A model generated the notes under the pieces. It had not been told where the DNA came from. It worked only from the letters and a program-made list of their open reading frames with translations, and ran no database searches. A stretch of 31,259 bases of DNA, taken from an uncultured Halobacteriales archaeon (GTDB lineage: Archaea; Thermoplasmatota; E2; JACPAO01). A program made the position numbers and the translations under genes. The stretch covers positions 1 through 31,259 of the forward strand of contig CAZXJU010000002.1 of the NCBI GenBank assembly GCA_964641035.1, in the 5' to 3' direction. Positions 23,821 to 31,259 of the stretch are shown piece after piece. The stretch's first letter is position 1. Every line of letters starts with the position of its first letter.

Positions 23821-26151
23821 ATGAACCGACGCGTCCTAGCCGGCCTCCTCGTCGCCGTCATGCTCGGCGCCTTCGTCGTCGCCGCGACCGCCGCCGCCCA
23901 AGACGGCGGCAACGTCTACGAAGCCACCGACCCGGCCGCCGACGTCGACATCCAGACGCAGGGCCAAGGCGCCGGCGCGCCGCCGCCTACCGCGCAGAGC
24001 ACGGACCTGGTCGCCTTCCGCATCCTGGACGAGAACGCCGAGACGATGCTCCTTGAAATCCAGGTCGCCGACATGCGCGCGCCCGACTCGAACACCGACA
24101 GCTTCTACGACCCGGCTGCCTACATCCGGTTCCGCGCCGAAGGGTCGGCCGCCTACTACCACATCTTCGCCCACGGCATCACCGGCGGAGGCTTCGGCTC
24201 GCTCGCCGGCGACGAACCCTGGTACGTCCAGTCCTTCCTCTGCATCTCGAACAACGCCGACGAACCCATCCCGACCTTCATCTTCAATCTCCCCGAAAGT
24301 TGCTACATCCAGGAGATACCCGCCATCACGTTCCCCGGCGACGACGTCGTCCAGATCCTCGTGCCCAAGCTCGCGCTGCTCGGCGTCGGCGGCGACGGCG
24401 ACGCCCGACCCGGTGGGATCCCCGACACGCTCGACGCCGGCGACCGCCTCGTCGACTGGCGCGTCATCACGCAGAAACGCGCCGAAAACCTGTTCTTCGG
24501 CTTCTCGGTCTTCGGCGGCCAGTATTCCGTCGTCTACCGCGACACCCTGCCCGACGACGGCGTCGCCGACGCATACACACTCCAAGCGCCGGCAGCCAAC
24601 GCCGAGATCGTCCTGCGGGCCCACGGCGGCGACACCGGCGTCTTCACCGGCACCACCTCGGGGATCACCTGGCAGGACATCTACCCCGTGACGTACGTCG
24701 GCATCGCACCGGACCAGACGCTCGTAGTGCCCGTCGACGCCTACAACGGCGCCGACTCGAAACGCCTCGTGAACCTCACCGTACGCTTCCCCGACGGCGG
24801 CGCCGACCGGTTCGACGTGCGGATCGCACCCGTCGTCGAGGTACCCGCCGACCAGAACCGCCGCGTCAACCTCATCCTCAACGTCACGAATCCGCTTGCG
24901 CACCGCGAGATGGTCGACCTGGAGGTCCGCGGGGCAAGCCTCGGCCACGACGGCGAAGTCGGCTCCGCCCTCATCCGCCTGGTCGGCAACGAGCCGCCCG
25001 ACACCGACGCGAACACCCTCCGCTTCCACGCCGTCCAGGACTACGGCGACACCGTACGGGTCGGCTCCTCCTACACGTGCATCAACAATTGCAACATCCG
25101 CATGGCCACCTGGATGAACACGCTGGCCGACGACCCGCTTGCCGAGGTCGGCGACGAAGGCTACGAAGCCAACTACTTCTACGGCATCATCAACGCACTC
25201 TTCGGCGAGGCGATCATCTTCGCCGCCGGGTTCCCCCTCGACGCGCCGCTGGCCAAAGACCTCCACTACGACCCCGGCCAACCCGTGACCGCCCAACTCA
25301 CCTTCTCCACCATGGTAGAACTCGACGTCACGGCCCGGCTCCAGATGTACGGGACCATCGTCGCCGACGACTGCCCGCAGCAGGAACGATGCGTCGAGAG
25401 CGTCTTCCTCGGCGAAGGCACGACCGACCTCACCATCGGCTCCGACCCCACCACCGCCGACGTCAGCTTCATCCTGCCCGCCGACCTCAATGTACTCGCA
25501 TCCGCCGGCGGCTCCCTCCAAGCCGCCATCTTCCTAGAATCCGACGACCCGCGGATGCTCACCACCGGCCTCCACGAGAGCGCCAACCTGCGCTTCCACA
25601 CGACCCAAAGCCAGATCCGGCTGCCGGTCGTCGCCGACCCCGAACCCGAACCCGTCAGCGACCTCTTCGTCAGCCTCGACGCAGCCGGAGACGACGAACA
25701 GTTCGTCAACCCCGGCAAGACCCGGGCCTTCCACGTCTTCGCCATCAACGAGGGCGCCGAAGACGCCGCCATCCGCATCGAAGCGTCACCCGACGCCACC
25801 ACATGGGCGGCCTCCGTCGAACCCGGCGACCAGTACCGGCTCCAACCCGGCCAATCCGTCAACGTCACCATCCTCGTCACCGCCCCCGCCGACGCGCCCG
25901 AAGGAAACGCGACCCAGGTCAAGGTCGTCGCGCACGACCGCGACGGCGAAGGCGCGTCCCGGCCGGTCACCCTCCGGGCGATCGCCACCAGCGGCCTCGA
26001 CATCGAGGACCAAGCCGGGGAGGTCGAAGCCGACGAAGACACGAAGGCCCGCCTCGACATCGACGACGGCGGCGACAGCCCCGGCGTCGGCGCCGGCCTC
26101 ATCCTCGCCGGCGTCTTCGCCGCCGCCATCCTCATCCGCCGTCGCCGGTAG
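23821..26151 (+). CDS. Large surface protein with C-terminal Ig-like (NEW3/COG1470-like) domain and sorting-type anchor
   Basis: Signal peptide; FVNPGK..AINEG...L.PGQSVNVTILVTAP; tail GGDSPGVG-TM-RRRR. Confidence 0.8.
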   Translation: MNRRVLAGLLVAVMLGAFVVAATAAAQDGGNVYEATDPAADVDIQTQGQGAGAPPPTAQSTDLVAFRILDENAETMLLEIQVADMRAPDSNTDSFYDPAAYIRFRAEGSAAYYHIFAHGITGGGFGSLAGDEPWYVQSFLCISNNADEPIPTFIFNLPESCYIQEIPAITFPGDDVVQILVPKLALLGVGGDGDARPGGIPDTLDAGDRLVDWRVITQKRAENLFFGFSVFGGQYSVVYRDTLPDDGVADAYTLQAPAANAEIVLRAHGGDTGVFTGTTSGITWQDIYPVTYVGIAPDQTLVVPVDAYNGADSKRLVNLTVRFPDGGADRFDVRIAPVVEVPADQNRRVNLILNVTNPLAHREMVDLEVRGASLGHDGEVGSALIRLVGNEPPDTDANTLRFHAVQDYGDTVRVGSSYTCINNCNIRMATWMNTLADDPLAEVGDEGYEANYFYGIINALFGEAIIFAAGFPLDAPLAKDLHYDPGQPVTAQLTFSTMVELDVTARLQMYGTIVADDCPQQERCVESVFLGEGTTDLTIGSDPTTADVSFILPADLNVLASAGGSLQAAIFLESDDPRMLTTGLHESANLRFHTTQSQIRLPVVADPEPEPVSDLFVSLDAAGDDEQFVNPGKTRAFHVFAINEGAEDAAIRIEASPDATTWAASVEPGDQYRLQPGQSVNVTILVTAPADAPEGNATQVKVVAHDRDGEGASRPVTLRAIATSGLDIEDQAGEVEADEDTKARLDIDDGGDSPGVGAGLILAGVFAAAILIRRRR

Positions 26152-26175
26152 CCTCCGACACCGCGAGAAGACCAC

Positions 26176-26190
26176 CAAACTCGTTATATA
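26176..26190 (+). promoter_or_regulatory. BRE/TATA promoter
   Basis: CAAAC-tcg-TTATATA, 25 nt before ATG 26216. Confidence 0.6.
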
Positions 26191-26215
26191 TCGTCATCTG
26201 GGCTGGACGTACTTG

Positions 26216-28438
26216 ATGCGCGTCACCGCGACCCTCGCCCTCCTGGTCCTGCTTCTGGCGAGCCTCGCAGCCAGCGTGCCCGCCACCGCGCAACCGCCGG
26301 CGGTACCGGAAGGCGAACCGCTCTACCAGATCGACGACGCCGAGGGCGACGTCACCGTCGCCCCCTTCGGCCTCAACGCCGGCGGCCCCGGTATCCCGGC
26401 GCCCCCGGTGACCGACCCGTACGACCTCACCGCGTTCCGGATCCTCGCCGACGACCCCGACCGCCTCGCCTTCGACTTCACCGTCAAAGACTGGCAGGCC
26501 GTCGGCAACCCGAACACGCAAGGCCCGTTCGTCGGCATCTTCTCCAACCCCCAGTTCAGCCTCACGTTCGCCCTGGCCGGCACCGACATCATGTACGAGA
26601 TCGACGCCAGCGGCTACTCGTACAGCTGCTCCAACTTCGTCAGCTGCGAATACAGGTTCTTCGTCGACCTGTGCATCCGCACGCCGGAGACCGGCTGCTA
26701 CTACCAACCGGTGCGCGCCTGGTTCCTCGGAAACGAAGACCGGTTCGCCTTCGACGTCAGCAAACGCGCGCTGCTGGGCCTGGAGGAAAACCAAGGGTTC
26801 GGGTCCTCCGAACGCCCCGACCGCCTGCCGCGCCACATGCCCGCCGGCACCGCCTTCGACTCCTTCTTCGTCTCCTTCGGCAACCTCTACTTCCGCGACG
26901 AGGCGCCCGACCAAGGCCAGGCGGCGCCGTACCGCACCCAGACGCCGTCGGCCAACACCCGCGTCGTCGTCGACCTGGAAAACCAGGAAGAAGAATCCTT
27001 CAACCCGTTCTTCGGCCCGCCCCAGGACGAGGACACGACGCCCCGCGTCGGCGTCAGCCCCGGCGTCCCCAGCGTCGTCCCGCTGGAGGTCACCAACAAC
27101 GCCGACACCAAGCGGCTGGTGAACCTCACCGTCGAGTTCCCCGACGCGCCGGGCGCCAAATGGTCGGCGCAGATCGCGCCGGCCGTCCAGGTCCCCGCGG
27201 GCGAGACCCGCGTCGTCAACCTCATCCTCAACGCCACGCAAGCCGTCGCCCACCGCGAGAACACGACCGTCTTCGTCCACGCGCGCGCCGTCGGGCACGA
27301 CGACGAGATCGGGTTCCTCCGCGTCCTCGCCGAAGGCAGCGTCCCGCCCACGCCCACCAGCAACGTGCTCCACTTCCACGCCGCCGGCACCAACTACGAC
27401 GCCGCCGAATGGTTCCTCTACGGACAACAACCCGAACAATGGGTCAACACGCTCGACGAAGACCCGCGCGCCAACCTCGACGCCGAAGGCTACGCCACCA
27501 CCTTCAGCTTCCCCGGCTTCGGCATCCAATGGGGCGCATCCTTCGAGATGGACACGCCACTGGTCCGCGACGTCCTCTTCGACCCCGAGGAACCGGTCAC
27601 CGCCAGCGCCTACTTCAGCGCCCAAGTCCCCTATGAAGGAAACGCCGAACTCAACCTGTACGCCGGCGACCAATACCTCGGCGGCGCCAACGTGCCCGGA
27701 ACCGTCGGGTCCGACCCCACCGAGTTCGCCTTCACCTTCTTCATCGACCCGGAGGCCGCCCGCGTCGCGCCCGACGACGGCCGTCTGCGCATCAGCCTGC
27801 TTCTGGGCGGCGGGCTCGAATCCGCCAACACGGCCGACATGGTGAAGTTCCACGCCGCCGACAGCCGCGTCGTCCTGCCCGTCATCCCCGACCCCGACGC
27901 CGACGAGCAAGAGGTCCACCTCGGACCGGCCCGCCTCGGCCTCAGCCTCGCCGCCGACACCGACCAAGAGGAGTTCGTCAACCCGAACCGCACAAAACTC
28001 TTCCAGCTCATCCTCGTCAACGAGGGCGTCGAGACCGACAGCGCCCACCTCAACGTCACCTACCCCGAGGACACCGGGTGGGGCGTCCGCGTGGAACCCG
28101 CCGACGAGTTCGACGACCTGGCACCCGGCGAATCCGTCACCGTCGGCGTCCTCGTCCGCGCCCCGTCAAACGCCTCCGAAGGCGACCAGTTCGACGTCTC
28201 CATCGAAGCGGTCAGCGGCAAGGACGCCGACGCCACCAGCCGCATCATGATCACCACGATCGCGACCCAAGGCGTCGACATCCCCGACGAAGCCGACACG
28301 TACGAGGCCGACAAGGACACCCTCTCCAAAGCCCAACAGGAAGAAGGCGGCGACAGCCCCGGCATCGGCCTCTTCGCCGCCGCCCTCGCCGCCACCGCCG
28401 GCCTCCTCATGGCGCGCCGGCGCAAGGAAAAACGCTAA
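26216..28438 (+). CDS. Large surface protein, paralog of 23821..26151
   Basis: Shared blocks KRLVNLTV.FPD, VNLILN.T....HRE, L.FHA, W.NTL..DP, FVNP..T, LAPGESVTVGVLV.AP; tail GGDSPGIG-TM-RRRKEKR. Confidence 0.8.
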   Translation: MRVTATLALLVLLLASLAASVPATAQPPAVPEGEPLYQIDDAEGDVTVAPFGLNAGGPGIPAPPVTDPYDLTAFRILADDPDRLAFDFTVKDWQAVGNPNTQGPFVGIFSNPQFSLTFALAGTDIMYEIDASGYSYSCSNFVSCEYRFFVDLCIRTPETGCYYQPVRAWFLGNEDRFAFDVSKRALLGLEENQGFGSSERPDRLPRHMPAGTAFDSFFVSFGNLYFRDEAPDQGQAAPYRTQTPSANTRVVVDLENQEEESFNPFFGPPQDEDTTPRVGVSPGVPSVVPLEVTNNADTKRLVNLTVEFPDAPGAKWSAQIAPAVQVPAGETRVVNLILNATQAVAHRENTTVFVHARAVGHDDEIGFLRVLAEGSVPPTPTSNVLHFHAAGTNYDAAEWFLYGQQPEQWVNTLDEDPRANLDAEGYATTFSFPGFGIQWGASFEMDTPLVRDVLFDPEEPVTASAYFSAQVPYEGNAELNLYAGDQYLGGANVPGTVGSDPTEFAFTFFIDPEAARVAPDDGRLRISLLLGGGLESANTADMVKFHAADSRVVLPVIPDPDADEQEVHLGPARLGLSLAADTDQEEFVNPNRTKLFQLILVNEGVETDSAHLNVTYPEDTGWGVRVEPADEFDDLAPGESVTVGVLVRAPSNASEGDQFDVSIEAVSGKDADATSRIMITTIATQGVDIPDEADTYEADKDTLSKAQQEEGGDSPGIGLFAAALAATAGLLMARRRKEKR

Positions 28439-28469
28439 AGCGCGCCCCTTTCTCGGACGGCACGCCACG

Positions 28470-30311
28470 ATGAACGACGACGAGCCTGCCGTCGACCCAG
28501 AGACGGAGGAAACCGAACCGCCCGACGACGAGGCCGCCCACGCGGCCCACACGTACATCCGGCAACCCATCGTCGGCGTCCTCGGACACGTCGACCACGG
28601 CAAAACCACCCTCCTCGACAAGATCCGCGGCGGCACCGTCGCCGCACGCGAACCCGGCGCCATCACCCAGCACATCGGCGCCACCGAAGTGCCGATGGAG
28701 ACCATCATGAACGTGTTGGGGCCCCTGGGCAAAGGGAAATCCTTCTCCGTGCCCGGACTCCTGTTCATCGACACGCCCGGCCACCACTCCTTCAACGCGT
28801 TGCGCGCCCGCGGCGGCGCCCTGGCCGACATCGCGATCCTCGTCGTCGACCTCAACGAAGGCCTCATGCCCCAGACGATCGAATCGATCCGCATCCTCCG
28901 CTCCACCAAGACCCCGTTCGTCGTCGCCGCCAACAAACTCGACCTCATCCCCATGTACGAATCCGCCGCCGACTCCCCCTTCCTCGCCAACCTCAAGAAG
29001 CAGAGCGACGGCGTCCAAAGCCGCGTCGAGGACCGCCTCTTGGAACTCATCGGCCGCCTCTACGACCACCAACTGCCCGCCGAACGCTACGACCGCATCA
29101 AGGACTTCAAGAAGAACGTCGCCGTCGTCCCCGTCAGCGCCGAGACCGGCGAAGGCGTCCCCGACCTGCTGCTGGTCCTCGTCGGGCTCGCCCAACGCTT
29201 CCTCGAAGACCGGCTCGAGACCGACGAGGAAGGCCCCGGCCAAGGCACCGTCCTCGAAGTCAAGGAAGAACGCGGGCTCGGGCTCACGCTCGACACGATC
29301 ATCTACGCCGGCACACTGCACGCCACCGACCACATCGCCGTCGCCGGCAAGAACGGACCCTTCATCACCTCGATCCGCGCGCTCCTGAAGCCGAAGGAGC
29401 TCGACGAGATCCGCGACCCACGCGAACCGTTCCGACGCGTCAAGAGCGTCCGCGCCGCCTCCGGCGTCAAGATCAACGCCCCCGACCTCGAAGACGTACT
29501 GCCCGGCGCACGCGTCCGCGCGCTGGCGCCCGAAGACGACGAGGACGAGATCCTCGCACGCCTGGCCGAAGAGTCGGAGATCACCGTCCCCCTGGACACG
29601 GTGGGCCTCGCGATCAAGGCCGACACGCTTGGAAGCCTCGAAGCGCTGGCCAACGAACTGCGGGAGAAGGACGCCAAGATCCGGTTCGCCGACCTCGGCC
29701 CCGTCAGCCGCCGCGACGTCATCCAGGCCGCCGCCACCGACGACCCGCTGACCCGCGTCCTGGTCGCCTTCAACGTGAAGATGCTGCCCGACGCCACCTC
29801 CGAGGCCAACGCCCAGGACCTGACCGTCCTGCACGGCAACATCATCTACCAACTCCTCGACGACTACGACGAGTGGCACGCCAAGGCCAAGGAGGCCAAA
29901 GACCAGGCCGAACGCGTCGAGATCGTCCACCCATGCATGATCCGCTTCCTGCCCGACTGCACGTTCCGAGTCTCGAGCCCCGCCGTCATCGGCGTACGCG
30001 TGATGGCCGGCCGGCTCGTGCCGGGCATGAAGCTGCTCAAAGAGGACGGCCGGACCGTCGGCCCCATCAAATCCATCCAGAAGGAAGGAAACACCATCGA
30101 CATGGCCACCCGAGGCGACGAGGTCGCCGTCGCCATCGACGGCGCCACCGTCGGCCGCCAGATCAAGGAGGAGGACATCCTCTACCTCGACATCCCGGGA
30201 CGCGACGCGAAGCAGCTGTTCCACATGGAGAAGCTGTCGACCGACGAACGGGAGGTCCTGGAGAAGGTCGCCAAGATCAAACGGCGCGGCGACCGGTTCT
30301 GGGGGATGTAG
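28470..30311 (+). CDS. infB: Archaeal translation initiation factor IF-2 / aIF5B
   Basis: IRQPIVGVLGHVDHGKTTLLD, GAITQHIGAT, LFIDTPGH, NKLD, VSAETGEG, KADTLGSLEAL; archaeal length (613 aa). Confidence 0.97.
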   Translation: MNDDEPAVDPETEETEPPDDEAAHAAHTYIRQPIVGVLGHVDHGKTTLLDKIRGGTVAAREPGAITQHIGATEVPMETIMNVLGPLGKGKSFSVPGLLFIDTPGHHSFNALRARGGALADIAILVVDLNEGLMPQTIESIRILRSTKTPFVVAANKLDLIPMYESAADSPFLANLKKQSDGVQSRVEDRLLELIGRLYDHQLPAERYDRIKDFKKNVAVVPVSAETGEGVPDLLLVLVGLAQRFLEDRLETDEEGPGQGTVLEVKEERGLGLTLDTIIYAGTLHATDHIAVAGKNGPFITSIRALLKPKELDEIRDPREPFRRVKSVRAASGVKINAPDLEDVLPGARVRALAPEDDEDEILARLAEESEITVPLDTVGLAIKADTLGSLEALANELREKDAKIRFADLGPVSRRDVIQAAATDDPLTRVLVAFNVKMLPDATSEANAQDLTVLHGNIIYQLLDDYDEWHAKAKEAKDQAERVEIVHPCMIRFLPDCTFRVSSPAVIGVRVMAGRLVPGMKLLKEDGRTVGPIKSIQKEGNTIDMATRGDEVAVAIDGATVGRQIKEEDILYLDIPGRDAKQLFHMEKLSTDEREVLEKVAKIKRRGDRFWGM

Positions 30312-30368
30312 CGGCGGCGGATACCGGCCAACGATTCCGATAAAACCCTCAAGTTGGATGCAGGACGC

Positions 30369-30623
30369 ATGAATCGGAAGAACGTTCGCCTCACCGATGA
30401 GGCCTATCAGGGCCTAGTCCGGTGCCGACGGGCGGGAGAAACCTTCTCGGACACGATAATCCGCCTGTCGCGCGGCCAGGACCTCAGGCGGTACGTCGGC
30501 TCCATCTCCGAGGAGTACGCCGAAGCGCTTCGGAAAAGCTCACGGGAGGTCCGAAATCGACTGGACCGCGACATGCGGCGACGCCGTCGCCGGCATGGAT
30601 TCACCGCTCACGACGACCGGTAG
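30369..30623 (+). CDS. VapB-type (COG1753-like) antitoxin, orphan
   Basis: MNRKNVRLTDEAYQGL....GETFSDTIIRL matches the K.I.I.DEAY..L....ESFSDVI.RL pattern. No PIN gene follows. Confidence 0.75.
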   Translation: MNRKNVRLTDEAYQGLVRCRRAGETFSDTIIRLSRGQDLRRYVGSISEEYAEALRKSSREVRNRLDRDMRRRRRRHGFTAHDDR

Positions 30624-31259
30624 AAGACCGCCCGGCGCGTCGCGCCGCCCTTCCGGCTCTCCAACCGCATCTCCTTCCGGTGCCGCACGCGGTCCTCCAG
30701 GATGTCGAACGCCTCGTCCGTCGCCTGCAGGATGTCCCACGCGTCCGCCTTGGCCACGTAGAACTGCTTCTGCGTCGACAGGTGCGCCGTCAACGACCAC
30801 TTGGCCGCGTCGCCCTTGGCCTTGTACGCCTTGTAATGCAGGCCCAGGAACTCCAGGTCCTCCTCCTGCGCCGCCTTCTTCAACGTCGTCTGCGCCTTCG
30901 AGTAGATCTCGTCGTAGACCGACTGGTCCACCCGGTCCTGCAGCCCGCTGATCTGCACCACGACGCCCTCCTCGGCCTGCGTCGCGGCCATCCGCGCCAG
31001 AATGTCCGCCCGGGCCAGGACGCCCACAGGACGCCCCTCCTCCACCGCGACCACGTACCACGTCTTGTGCTCCTGCATCAGCTCGATCGCCTCGCCCAGC
31101 GTCGCCTCCGGCCCGACCGACGGCGCCGTCCGCGCCAGGCTCCCGACGCGGACCGCCCGGTCCTTGCGTTGGCCCGGCCCGCGCGCCGGCGCGCCGTCGA
31201 AGCCGTGGCCACGGTCCACCGTGTCCGCCCGCTGCAACGCCTCCGCGATCTCCTCGTTG
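30608..31259 (-). CDS. CBS-domain protein with C-terminal HPF/RaiA-like domain (putative archaeal ribosome hibernation factor); 5' end outside the window
   Basis: CBS motif PSVGPEATLGEAIELM...VVAVEEGRPVGVLARADIL, then V.ISGL...helix...LHYK.YK..G..KWSL.AHL...Y.A.A.AWD..A.DEAFD.LE.RV. The frame is open to the window edge. Confidence 0.7.
   Translation of the reverse strand, partial: NEEIAEALQRADTVDRGHGFDGAPARGPGQRKDRAVRVGSLARTAPSVGPEATLGEAIELMQEHKTWYVVAVEEGRPVGVLARADILARMAATQAEEGVVVQISGLQDRVDQSVYDEIYSKAQTTLKKAAQEEDLEFLGLHYKAYKAKGDAAKWSLTAHLSTQKQFYVAKADAWDILQATDEAFDILEDRVRHRKEMRLESRKGGATRRAVFYRSS

Noticed and set aside
23836-30224. Long antisense ORFs (23836..25521, 26132..28048, 28407..30224) and Arg/Pro-rich alternative-frame ORFs
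   Set aside because: They are shadows of high-GC3 genes on the other strand or frame, with no motifs of their own.
28470-30311. Intein in aIF5B
   Set aside because: Length and G-domain motifs are contiguous; no insertion is present.

Overview
High-GC archaeal DNA, probably an uncultured Thermoplasmatota-like lineage (inferred from carS, aIF5B, archaeal pilins, BRE/TATA promoters, LAGC lipoboxes and PGF-CTERM-like tails). Left part: three Cys-rich lipoprotein paralogs with an AAA_14/DUF4143 ATPase between them, four tandem type IV pilins, a PQQ-propeller/CARDB surface protein and a membrane-anchored solo Cas4-like nuclease. Middle part: housekeeping genes interleaved with TA modules (MazF-like toxin with an in-frame TAG, wHTH-MNT/HEPN, AbiEi/AbiEii). 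The main structural signal is at 16.9-22.3 kb. Two integrase-less cassettes are each flanked by a direct duplication of the 3' end of a host gene (145 bp, 7 mismatches; 63 bp, perfect), and both duplications end exactly at the stop codon. The cassettes are stacked at the junction of two convergent genes, with a second ATPase between them. Right part: surface-protein cluster, aIF5B, orphan VapB-like antitoxin and a partial CBS + HPF-like protein. No rRNA, tRNA, CRISPR array, integrase or transposase was recognised. All calls come from motif reading; no searches were run.
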